A stretch of 64,000 bases of DNA from an uncultured virus (IMG/VR IMGVR_UViG_3300030333_004509) (Duplodnaviria > Heunggongvirae > Uroviricota > Caudoviricetes): positions 1-64,000 of IMG/VR virus record IMGVR_UViG_3300030333_004509; one strand, written 5' to 3'. Position numbers and translations under genes: made by a program. Each line of letters starts with the position of its first letter. The stretch's first letter is position 1. Positions 9,710 through 18,789 of this stretch are shown piece by piece. Under the pieces are notes generated by a model, which worked only from the letters and a program-made list of their open reading frames with translations, was not told the origin of the DNA and did no database searches.

Positions 9710-9841
9710 TAGTGCAGCACCCGTTGTGCTGCCGGGTAGCCTCCGTCGAGGTCCGGCACTTTAGGCACTAGGGCAGGCATCAACAGGCTTTTGTTTTTTA
9801 CTTGTCGGACTACTTTAGTCTGACTCAGACAGGTGCATTAT

Positions 9842-10891
9842 ATGTCCATCTCTACCGAAGTATTGAATACTACGTTTGCTGATCTTCGTGGTCCTCTCGT
9901 AAATTCTTTTGTTCGGAGCAATGAGCTGTTCGACGCACTGGATGCCAAGGCTCGCATGCCCATGGAAAGCGGCTCGTATATCGAGCGTACTTTCACGGGT
10001 GGTGCTCCTGCTCGAGGTGTCGGTGTGTTCGTCGGTGACGAGCTTCTGAACATGACTCGGCGTCAGCAGGTGAAGAAGTTCCAAGTGGAACCTCATCGTC
10101 TCGTTGTTGCCATCAACATTCCCAAGAAGGAACTACTGTTCAACAGTGGTAAGCTTGCAGTTATCCGACTGATTGAGGAGTATCCTCAGACTGTCATGGA
10201 AGCTGTCAAGGCTGACCTGAACAAGTATCTTCTGACTGGTGTAAGTCGCGGCCTGGTATTCCAGACAGCTGAGCTCAAGGGTCTTATGACTCTGAATGGT
10301 CAGTTCTCTACGGGTATCGGAGCTGGTGTGACTAACGGCCTTCTCGACTTTGCTGCTCCGTCCGCTCAGACGCAGACTGTGCAGAGTGTTGCGAAGAGCT
10401 CCAGCTACTTCCACTTCAACAACTATCTTGACATCGGTACCTGGGCGACTGACGGTCTTCTCGACCTGCGCAAGGTGTATCGTCAGTGCTCCCACTATGC
10501 CGGTGGCGTAGGTAAGGGACCTGACCTGGTCATCATGGATGACGACACCTTCGCTAACTTCGAGGAAACTCGTCGTAGCCAGATTCGTATCTCGATGGTT
10601 GAAGACAAGACCGCCAAGAGCAACATGCTGGGCCTCGAGCTCGGAGTTGCCAAGGTCACGTCTTCGATTGATCTGGATCGCGGAGACTTTAGCGGTGACG
10701 CGGCTGACGGTGTTACCTATATGCTCAACACTGATTACTTCGAGTTCCCGATGCATGAGGCTCCTCAGATCGGTAAGTTCACGGAGCGTGTTGGGGATCA
10801 GGACGTTGTCACGGCACTTTTCTCGATGCAGGGTAACCTCATCTGTACTAAGCTCCCCGCACAGGGTGCTGTTTCCGGCGGATCCGCTTAG
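9842..10891 (+). CDS. Major capsid protein
   Basis: 349 aa; follows promoter and leader, precedes decoration gene and terminator; N-terminal 'LNTT', 'KGL', 'PDLVI.D' and C-terminal 'GNL.C..P..QG' pattern typical of HK97-fold coat proteins. Confidence 0.85.
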   Translation: MSISTEVLNTTFADLRGPLVNSFVRSNELFDALDAKARMPMESGSYIERTFTGGAPARGVGVFVGDELLNMTRRQQVKKFQVEPHRLVVAINIPKKELLFNSGKLAVIRLIEEYPQTVMEAVKADLNKYLLTGVSRGLVFQTAELKGLMTLNGQFSTGIGAGVTNGLLDFAAPSAQTQTVQSVAKSSSYFHFNNYLDIGTWATDGLLDLRKVYRQCSHYAGGVGKGPDLVIMDDDTFANFEETRRSQIRISMVEDKTAKSNMLGLELGVAKVTSSIDLDRGDFSGDAADGVTYMLNTDYFEFPMHEAPQIGKFTERVGDQDVVTALFSMQGNLICTKLPAQGAVSGGSA

Positions 10892-10900
10892 GAGGTTATC

Positions 10901-11464
10901 ATGGCTTTGGGAAATCGAGTAAAGACCGATGCGCTCAATACGACTTATACTACTGAGCAGTATGCTTTGGGTACTAAGTTTGTGGAGTCCGCGGAGGAAG
11001 TAGCAGCCAATGGTTCAGGGGTTAATACCTCGGTCACACTGACTGCTGCGCAGAAGCTGATGCTTGCCGGTGAGCGTACCTGGGTCTTTATTAAGTCCTC
11101 GGGTACGATTGCTGCTGGTGATCTGGTCAAGCGAACTGCCGACACTGACGCCTATACGGGTGTTCAAGACGATAGTGACGAGGGCGCGAAGTATGACATG
11201 CTCGGCGTAGCCGACCATGCGATTGCTTCTGGTGAGTACGGCTGGATTATCTGCAAGGGTGCTTGTGTTGTTCAGGCTGAGTCTGGAGTTGCGGCAGGTC
11301 ATCTACTTGCTTCTGACGGTAATAATACCGCCGGAGAGGTTGATACCTGGACCTCGGGTGCCGGGACTAGTCACAAGTGTATTGGCATTGCCCTTGAGGC
11401 GGAAGATAGCGGGTCTACTTTCGGTGCGGGCTACGTCATTGCGCGGATTGATATCCCCGCTTGA
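10901..11464 (+). CDS. Capsid decoration/cement protein
   Basis: Directly after MCP; AGGAGG RBS; 'GVA..AIA.G.YGWI...G' motif. Confidence 0.7.
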   Translation: MALGNRVKTDALNTTYTTEQYALGTKFVESAEEVAANGSGVNTSVTLTAAQKLMLAGERTWVFIKSSGTIAAGDLVKRTADTDAYTGVQDDSDEGAKYDMLGVADHAIASGEYGWIICKGACVVQAESGVAAGHLLASDGNNTAGEVDTWTSGAGTSHKCIGIALEAEDSGSTFGAGYVIARIDIPA

Positions 11465-11486
11465 TCAGCTGATTCGTGATACATTA

Positions 11487-11521
11487 GGGTCGGGGCTCAT
11501 CGAGCCTCGGCCCTTTCTTTT
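11487..11521 (+). terminator. Intrinsic terminator after capsid genes
   Basis: GGGTCGGGGCTC-ATC-GAGCCTCGGCCC stem followed by TTTCTTTT. Confidence 0.8.
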
Positions 11522-11530
11522 GGAGGTGGT

Positions 11531-13228
11531 ATGGATGTATCTCTCGGAGCGCTTCGTCGAAGACTTTTAGAGTTTCGATCATGGGATAGTTCAGGTAAGG
11601 CGTTCGACATTCGGGTACGAGAGTCTCTGAACTTTGCGTTGGACCGCATGGCAGGCGATGTGCCTGAGGCGCTTATCCCCTCGGAAGAGCATATTGTTCT
11701 GCACGCTGATGTGAAGGGCACTGATTCAGACGTCGCGGCTCGCTTGGCTTATGCGTCGAGTACTGATGACTACTTGAAGTTTGTCGATACAGCAGGCACA
11801 GACATTGGGGCGAGTTCTCTTACTACCTGGAGGCCGACGATCGACGGTACCTGGGATGGCATCATGCATCTCGAGATCACAGACTCTGATGGCGTAAAAC
11901 ACCGACGCCAATCTCGCGAATGGTGGAAAGACGGCAATGCTTACTATGTAAGCCTTGACCGTCCTTGGAGAGATGACTTCGCCTCTGACATCAGCATGGA
12001 TTTCCGTATCCATCAACCAGAGTTTTTTGTTTCTGATGATGTGATGGAGGTTCTTGAGCCTGCGCGTATCTGGGATAGTAGTCGTCAACAAGTCTGGGCG
12101 ATTGATACAGCAGGTGCTTATCGTCAGGACATGGTTGATTTTCAGGGTGAAAGCCAAGGGCGACCCTATAGATTTTGGCGAGGGCGACACTACCAGATCC
12201 CCGCTCCGCATGAAGTGCCTGACATCGAAGCTAAGGACTATGGCGGCCAGCCTCCGACAGGAATCTTTGATCCGCCTGATCTCCCTAAAGAGCAGAAGAC
12301 AGTACCTGATCCGATAAATGTACAGCTGATATCCAAATCTGGGTCCACAGCGACTGTCTCGACGTCACTATCGAGGCTGTCTTTGTCGAAGACAACAGGC
12401 TTGAGAACTGCTGCGACAGCTAAGATACCTAAGGGTGCGGGTATTACCTGGGTCGGCCCCGTAGCAGAGGGTGCCTTCCAGTTTTGCTACACGTATGTCT
12501 GGGGTCGCAGAGACGAAGAGTGGCAAGATGCGCCGCTTGGAACTCGAGATCCTCAGTGGGAAAGCGCTCCGTCTCCGATAAGCTCCGTGATGAATCACGA
12601 AGAGTTTCCGGGCTCAGCTGTCGATATTCTCATTACCAATATCGATGCGATGTTGGAGTACGACACGTTTGCTTCTAGCGGCGCAGATTTTATCAAGCGC
12701 GGTAAGTCAGGTCTGAGGATCCGTATCTACGTGGCCCGCCTCGATGTACGCAAGGAAAGCAAAGTCAGCACTTTTGACCGAGTAGAGAGCTCAGGCAAGT
12801 TTTATCTGCTGACTGAGATCGAACCGGTCATGAAGAAGTATACGTGGACAGGGGCTGTGACACCTGACTACCACCGACCCCTTAAGCACAGTACAGGGTA
12901 CTACGCTCACAAGGTGTACCCGCACCAAGATGCTCGCTATGAAGTCGATCTTCGTGTACTGCGGCTACCGCGCAAGTTTGTGTCCGACCAGGACACAGCC
13001 CCGATTCAGAGAGACTCAGTTCCAGCACTGCTTGAACTGGCTCTTTATTATCTCTGTCTACAAGATGGTGTGGATCAGCAGAGTGCGACATTGCACTTAG
13101 ATCGTTACAACGAGCTGGCCCGCAGGTATCGCATGCGGTACGCTAACCCAGGCCGAATCGTGGAGCCCGTTCCGATCTACGGACATACGACACGAAAGCG
13201 TTTCGGCACATTTAGTAACTCAACATAG
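11531..13228 (+). CDS. Putative head-tail adaptor with large insertion
   Basis: Helical N- and C-termini ('LN.A..R', 'D.D...I....L...A.Y') typical of adaptors; position after capsid genes. Confidence 0.55.
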   Translation: MDVSLGALRRRLLEFRSWDSSGKAFDIRVRESLNFALDRMAGDVPEALIPSEEHIVLHADVKGTDSDVAARLAYASSTDDYLKFVDTAGTDIGASSLTTWRPTIDGTWDGIMHLEITDSDGVKHRRQSREWWKDGNAYYVSLDRPWRDDFASDISMDFRIHQPEFFVSDDVMEVLEPARIWDSSRQQVWAIDTAGAYRQDMVDFQGESQGRPYRFWRGRHYQIPAPHEVPDIEAKDYGGQPPTGIFDPPDLPKEQKTVPDPINVQLISKSGSTATVSTSLSRLSLSKTTGLRTAATAKIPKGAGITWVGPVAEGAFQFCYTYVWGRRDEEWQDAPLGTRDPQWESAPSPISSVMNHEEFPGSAVDILITNIDAMLEYDTFASSGADFIKRGKSGLRIRIYVARLDVRKESKVSTFDRVESSGKFYLLTEIEPVMKKYTWTGAVTPDYHRPLKHSTGYYAHKVYPHQDARYEVDLRVLRLPRKFVSDQDTAPIQRDSVPALLELALYYLCLQDGVDQQSATLHLDRYNELARRYRMRYANPGRIVEPVPIYGHTTRKRFGTFSNST

Positions 13229-13235
13229 GTGATTT

Positions 13236-13688
13236 ATGAGTCAGTCAATGACACTTCCACGTCCCAAGCTGGGCGACCATCTCTACCGCCACACTCTTGT
13301 CGGCCTTGTCGAAGAAGCCCTGGTCGTCAGTATCAGTGGCCCCGAGAAGCAACCAGATATGTGGACCGCGGTTGTTATGACACGTTGCGGCGTCGAGTTT
13401 GTGAGCTCCGACCGAGAGTTTCGCAGCAAGCATGACTGGGTACCTTCGAGCTGGATGTACGACGAAGAGCGTAAGTGCTGGGTGATTCCCGCAGTAAACA
13501 CGCAAGCAGCTAAAGATGCGAGCGGCTGGAATCTTCCTGCACCGAATACAGGCGAGAAGTACATGAGCTGGAGAGCTCGAGTCTTCCGAGAAGTGCCCAT
13601 GCTCAAGAAGAGCGACAACATGAATGACATCTTGTCTGATGCTTGGAAGTCGCTTGATCGAATCGAGATGACTCCTGCCTCGGCTTAA
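13236..13688 (+). CDS. Hypothetical protein
   Basis: 150 aa; AGGTG RBS. Confidence 0.7.
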   Translation: MSQSMTLPRPKLGDHLYRHTLVGLVEEALVVSISGPEKQPDMWTAVVMTRCGVEFVSSDREFRSKHDWVPSSWMYDEERKCWVIPAVNTQAAKDASGWNLPAPNTGEKYMSWRARVFREVPMLKKSDNMNDILSDAWKSLDRIEMTPASA

Positions 13689-13707
13689 CCTCAGCTGAGA
13701 CACGTTC

Positions 13708-15891
13708 ATGGCAGGTCCCCGACAGAATCAACCTGTGGAGTTTGTTGTTCCTGCTGGTGAGCAGCAGGTTCAGTACTCTCCAAGTGCTTTAGCGTACAAG
13801 ATCCAGAACTTCGAGTTTACGCCTGAAGGCACATTGAAGTCTGTTGTGGGGCCTTGTGTGTATGAGCCCGCCCGTTCTGCTGATGAGCAGACAGCAATCA
13901 CCACTCGGTTGGGTGAGGCTCACGGAGTGTTTCACGCGAAGCTGAACGGAGGTGTCAGTGAGATGCTCCTCGTTCGGGCTGGGACTAAGCTGTACCAGCA
14001 TCATGGGTGGAACCGCGAGTTCAAGGAGCTCAAGTCGGGGCTGTCTTCAGACACTCGAGCTACTTACCCTGACCAGTTCGTCATCTTAAACGACAACATT
14101 ATTTGGACGAATGGCGTTGATCGGCCTCTTGTAGTCTCACACGACGGCATGACGTTACCCCTGGGATTCGCTGAAGTACCTGGTGCGCCTCAAGTTGAAG
14201 GACCTGAGAATCCCGACTCTGATAATGTAGACACGTTCTACCCAAACACGATGGGGTATTCGTGGCTTGGTAATATCGGCACTGTCGGTGACTTCCTGGA
14301 TGGATCAGCGGGCTCACTTCGAGAGGGTGGTTGGTACTACTATCTCCAATATGAAGATGTTCACGGGAACCTGTCTCAACCTTCTGCTTCAAGTAACTTA
14401 GTCAAGGTGCACGCAGCCCAAGCCGACCCTTTCGACCCAGATATAGAGAAGAGGTTTGACGATGACAGTGACCGGTACAATCGGTCGTTGGCTCTTGAGA
14501 TAGACGACCTGCAGAAGCAGTTCCTGGTTCGAGTCGCGAGCAACGGACCAGACCACTGCGTAGCTATGCGGTTGTATCGCACACCTGACGTTAACAACAC
14601 CAGCACTATTCCGCGGTTCTTGGCTCGTATCCCAAATAATCGCTCGTTTAGTTATCCCGATAACATTCGTGATTCTCAGCTGGGCTTGGACATGCTGGAG
14701 ATGATTCGAGTCCCTGTGTTCCGTGTGATGTGCACGCATCAGGGACGCCTGGTTATCGGTAACATCGTGGGTGACCCCGGCATTGTGCGTCGATCTTTAC
14801 CGGGTCGACCGGGCACATTCCCTCGACTCGAGTACGTATACCCCGACAGCGGCGGCGCTGAGGTCACGGCAGTCACATCTCACAATGGCGTGCTGCTTGC
14901 CTTTACTGAGGACAGCGTGTACTCGCTCGAAGAGTTTAACGCCCCTAGACCTCTCGCCCAGGGGATTGGCTGCGTTGCTCCCAGGTCGATTCAGGCTATG
15001 CCTGACGGCACACTAATCTGGTTGTCTCGAGATGGGTTTTATGGGATGAGGAATGGTCCGCCTGTTTTGCTGAGCGGACCGATCCAGAGAACGATAAAGA
15101 ACTTTGTTAATCGACCTCGAACTCGCATGGCGGTCTCGGCAATCGATCCTTTGACAGGTGAGTACCGTTGCGCCTTAGCTCCGGCGGGGAATCCAAAGAA
15201 CACGCTCATTCTTTGCTTTGATGGTCAGAGCTGGCGACGCATGGATCTGGGCCTGGAAGTCGCTGATATTTGTCAGACTCGAGATTGGCGACAGTACTTA
15301 CTGTTTATGGGTAAAGACCCAAATGTCGAGTATGAAGGTGAGATAACCAACTACCAGGTGCTCAGAGATAACCAGGTCGCGCTTGAGACTAAGACAGTGG
15401 CGCTCTCGGGGTACAACGAGCTATTCGTCATGGACAGGGAGAACCGTACATACACGCCTCCGTTCCGCGACTATGTCTACCGATCAGGCTGGATGCGGGC
15501 GGACACTGTAGCCTTGACTCCAATGCATATCAGGTCGATGTACCTGGGACTGGTCGACTCCTGGAACGGTGAGTTCAAGATTCGCTTTTACCGAAACGGA
15601 TCATGGGCTGAAGTCGTGGGTATGGAAGACGTGCTCTCAATCGGCGTCGACGATGACACAGGGGTTGTCTCTGACATCGCAGGCTCAGCTGTAATCGGGG
15701 CAGCACGGACTCATGATCCGAGACTATTCTGGCGTCAAGTGCCTGTAGGTCTCGAGAACTCGTACTCCTGGGCGTTTGAGATCAGCGCCAGTCATCCTAC
15801 TCGGCTGCACATCGCGTCTTTTGTTTTTGATGTTACGGTTGCTACGACGGGCAATGTCCGCGGACGTGTACCTCGCAGATCTGACATATAG
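13708..15891 (+). CDS. Putative tail nozzle / DNA stabilisation protein (beta-propeller)
   Basis: 727 aa, beta-rich; 'GRL', 'IGCVAP.SI', 'WLSRDG.Y' motifs typical of podovirus nozzle proteins. Confidence 0.7.
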   Translation: MAGPRQNQPVEFVVPAGEQQVQYSPSALAYKIQNFEFTPEGTLKSVVGPCVYEPARSADEQTAITTRLGEAHGVFHAKLNGGVSEMLLVRAGTKLYQHHGWNREFKELKSGLSSDTRATYPDQFVILNDNIIWTNGVDRPLVVSHDGMTLPLGFAEVPGAPQVEGPENPDSDNVDTFYPNTMGYSWLGNIGTVGDFLDGSAGSLREGGWYYYLQYEDVHGNLSQPSASSNLVKVHAAQADPFDPDIEKRFDDDSDRYNRSLALEIDDLQKQFLVRVASNGPDHCVAMRLYRTPDVNNTSTIPRFLARIPNNRSFSYPDNIRDSQLGLDMLEMIRVPVFRVMCTHQGRLVIGNIVGDPGIVRRSLPGRPGTFPRLEYVYPDSGGAEVTAVTSHNGVLLAFTEDSVYSLEEFNAPRPLAQGIGCVAPRSIQAMPDGTLIWLSRDGFYGMRNGPPVLLSGPIQRTIKNFVNRPRTRMAVSAIDPLTGEYRCALAPAGNPKNTLILCFDGQSWRRMDLGLEVADICQTRDWRQYLLFMGKDPNVEYEGEITNYQVLRDNQVALETKTVALSGYNELFVMDRENRTYTPPFRDYVYRSGWMRADTVALTPMHIRSMYLGLVDSWNGEFKIRFYRNGSWAEVVGMEDVLSIGVDDDTGVVSDIAGSAVIGAARTHDPRLFWRQVPVGLENSYSWAFEISASHPTRLHIASFVFDVTVATTGNVRGRVPRRSDI

Positions 15892-15899
15892 GAGTCGTT

Positions 15900-17489
15900 G
15901 TGCCTTACATTTTTCCGAAGCGACGACTGCAGCCTCAAGATGTGTTGGATCCTATTGAGCTCAACGAGGACTTGATTCCCGCTGCTGATCTATACGCGGG
16001 GGAGATTAACGCTCACAATGTCAGTGCTACGGTTCAAGGTAATATCACGCAACCTGCCGCAGCGACTCACTCTTATGTCTACAAAGAGAAGATGTCAGAT
16101 CCGGGGCTGGGTGACTCATCCTCGGGCTATACGCACCCGACACCGGGAACTGCATCAGGTAGCTTAGTCGCCAGTCACAAGATTGCGAATGACATGAACT
16201 GGGACCTCGTCTCTGACATGTCTTTTGAGAAGACGACGGGGAGCTCCAAGCTCTGGATCGTAGGCCACGTCACGTATATCTGGCTGGGCTTTACAACTAT
16301 CAGCGACAGTTGGGGTCATCGGTTCTCGTCGGGTACGCCTACGGACGTACAGCGCTCACCGTTTCACCCGGCTGGTGTCCAGTTCGCCCTTCGTGTAGAT
16401 GGTCACCTCATCGAATCTACGATGACCGGCAAGATCAGTTCTTGGCAGAAAGTATCTATGCCCGCCAAGGCACAGGACCAAAGAACGTCCGGGTCTGCGC
16501 ACCGTAAGTTTCCTGGCCCAGGCATACCCACTGAGCTCGAGACGCATACAATGGGGCCGCACTGCGCATCAGTCAGACTGGGAACTTTCTACGAGGTCAT
16601 GCCCGGTACGCATACGATTGAGATTGTAGCTCGACGGTTTCCACCATTCGGTCAAGCAACGCACGAAGGTACCGGTAGCTGGGCGGCAAACGAACCTAAC
16701 TTCGTGCATGTTTACAACCGTAAGTTGTTCGTCCTGGATATGCCTGAGAACCCGCCGAATAGCTCCGCGGATACAGCTATATCAGTTGGCACCTTCGACA
16801 CTGAGGCTGTGTTTGATCGTCCTTCGATCGAAGCCGAGAAGGTAGATCGCCTGGCCGCGGCTTTTACGAATGTCCAAAATGGGTCGCTTGCTCGAGGAGC
16901 GTTGAACCACTATCACCTGACGTCTCCCGTGATCGCCGCGAACCAAGCAACAATCACTCATAGCGTGTCCGCGCTTGAGAGTAAGTACAACGGCTATAAC
17001 GACCAATCCGTCACAACAAGCACGTCAGGTACAGGCTGGTACTTGCTCAACAACGGAGGCGGCGAATATCTGTACACTGCTGGGTCACCGCTTAACTGGG
17101 AGACTTCTGACAGCTCGATATTTATTATTCTGGCTAACGTGCAAGTAAAGTCTCTCAGGAAGCACCTGACTAACTACATGGACTTTTTCGGCTCCCTGGT
17201 CCTTGGGTATAAACCCGCTGGTGGCGGTTCGGCTGTAATCTTGGGTCAGTCAGAGGTCTACATCAACGACTACAATCACCTGGCCCGAAACGACGGACCC
17301 ACATACCGGCACTTGGACGAGAGCTACGATGTCGCGTTGTTTGCTGTTGTGAAGTCAACCGATATCACGGATAGTGAGGTCAACTATTTTGGTGTGTACG
17401 GCGCAACGACAGGCTCGACGCATACTTCAGGTCAAAGCGTGATGACGTTCCACCGCGGCAGCATTCAAGTAATCCAGTTGAAGGCGTAG
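15900..17489 (+). CDS. Putative virion structural (tail appendage) protein
   Basis: 529 aa, beta-rich, GGAG RBS, in tail operon. Confidence 0.6.
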   Translation: MPYIFPKRRLQPQDVLDPIELNEDLIPAADLYAGEINAHNVSATVQGNITQPAAATHSYVYKEKMSDPGLGDSSSGYTHPTPGTASGSLVASHKIANDMNWDLVSDMSFEKTTGSSKLWIVGHVTYIWLGFTTISDSWGHRFSSGTPTDVQRSPFHPAGVQFALRVDGHLIESTMTGKISSWQKVSMPAKAQDQRTSGSAHRKFPGPGIPTELETHTMGPHCASVRLGTFYEVMPGTHTIEIVARRFPPFGQATHEGTGSWAANEPNFVHVYNRKLFVLDMPENPPNSSADTAISVGTFDTEAVFDRPSIEAEKVDRLAAAFTNVQNGSLARGALNHYHLTSPVIAANQATITHSVSALESKYNGYNDQSVTTSTSGTGWYLLNNGGGEYLYTAGSPLNWETSDSSIFIILANVQVKSLRKHLTNYMDFFGSLVLGYKPAGGGSAVILGQSEVYINDYNHLARNDGPTYRHLDESYDVALFAVVKSTDITDSEVNYFGVYGATTGSTHTSGQSVMTFHRGSIQVIQLKA

Positions 17490-17491
17490 TC

Positions 17492-18241
17492 ATGTCTGTA
17501 GTCATACCTTACAAGTACATCACGGGATCAATACTAGATCCTGATGGGCACAACCAAAACATCTACACCGACACGCCGCACACAGGGATCATGTCTACGG
17601 CGAATGGTCAGCTTCACAGCACGAACTTTGACTCGTCATTCCAAGTTCAGTCAGAGCATATTCATCCTGAAGAGGTGCTGAGAGGACGGCAAGACTCAGG
17701 TCTCGAGACATTGGACTATTTCTCTGACGGAATCGCGGACTCAGACCAAGCAACTTTCGTGAACGTCGCTGGTTGCGGGGTCAAGGTCTACGTACCCTAC
17801 AGCGCTACCTTGGCTTTGTGGCAGTGGTCCTTCTTCTTTAGTAATCTCAAGTCAGTCACGCTTGATCAGCACGACGAGTATGTCTCGGGGGATATTGTTG
17901 TTCGCGCCGCACTGAACGGGACAGCACTTCAACACACGATGCGCGGTCTCCCTGAGACATCGACGCATGGTGTGTACGCGGGCTACAACAACTCGAACGA
18001 GACCATGGCTTGCCAGTACTGGGATATGTCTCACCTTCAGACTAATCTAAGCGCTGGTTGGCATGACTTGAACCTAACGATTTATATGCAGCAAGTGCTT
18101 GATAGCGACAGTGCAGGTACACATTACCAGTCAGCGACTCGTAAGACAGGTGTCTTCTCAGGCTCAACCTCGATAAGACACTACATCTATAATCGAGCCT
18201 CTTTTGGTGTGCGTAATGCTCGAGTCCTCACGATTTTATGA
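17492..18241 (+). CDS. Putative virion structural protein
   Basis: 249 aa; N-terminus (ILDPDGHN) resembles that of the preceding gene (VLDPIELN). Confidence 0.6.
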   Translation: MSVVIPYKYITGSILDPDGHNQNIYTDTPHTGIMSTANGQLHSTNFDSSFQVQSEHIHPEEVLRGRQDSGLETLDYFSDGIADSDQATFVNVAGCGVKVYVPYSATLALWQWSFFFSNLKSVTLDQHDEYVSGDIVVRAALNGTALQHTMRGLPETSTHGVYAGYNNSNETMACQYWDMSHLQTNLSAGWHDLNLTIYMQQVLDSDSAGTHYQSATRKTGVFSGSTSIRHYIYNRASFGVRNARVLTIL

Positions 18242-18274
18242 TGAAAACAAGATATACTTTTAGCGGAGGATTCG

Positions 18275-18787
18275 ATGCCTGATCCCGTCACTATAGGAAT
18301 CATTGGTAGCTTGGCGTTGAAGCATGCTGCTGCACCGATAGCAGGTCTTATTGCTGAGCGTAAGACAAGGAAGGAGCTCGAGGCTCTGGCTGAAGAAGGT
18401 GTCGGGGGACAAGTCAGTGCAGCTGAGCAGCAGCAACGGATAGCCGACACTAAAGAGGCCATGCGGGAACAGCAGGGCGGCGAATACGAAGCTCCAGGCA
18501 GCGACGACCCTGAGCAAAAGCGCAAACTTGCCATGATGCGAGAAGCGATAAAGTCGAAGGGGATTGGTCAGGCAATGCGCGACTTAGGTCAAGAAGCGCT
18601 CCAGAGATACCAGATTAAGAAGTCTGATATTGAGCGGCTGGGCGATAAGCGGAAGGAAGCAATTACTGGCGTAGTCAAAGGCATTGGCGAGGCAGGCGCA
18701 GAGATCTCAGGTTTCGCTGGGATGAAGCAAACAGAGGGTCTCGCCAAAGCAGCCGGGGCAGCTTCAGGTCTATACGGTAAGGGGTAG
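18275..18787 (+). CDS. Putative small ejection (pilot) protein
   Basis: MPDPVTIGIIG... hydrophobic G/A ends with a coiled coil; GGAGG RBS; first of the internal virion genes. Confidence 0.6.
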   Translation: MPDPVTIGIIGSLALKHAAAPIAGLIAERKTRKELEALAEEGVGGQVSAAEQQQRIADTKEAMREQQGGEYEAPGSDDPEQKRKLAMMREAIKSKGIGQAMRDLGQEALQRYQIKKSDIERLGDKRKEAITGVVKGIGEAGAEISGFAGMKQTEGLAKAAGAASGLYGKG

Positions 18788-18789
18788 TC

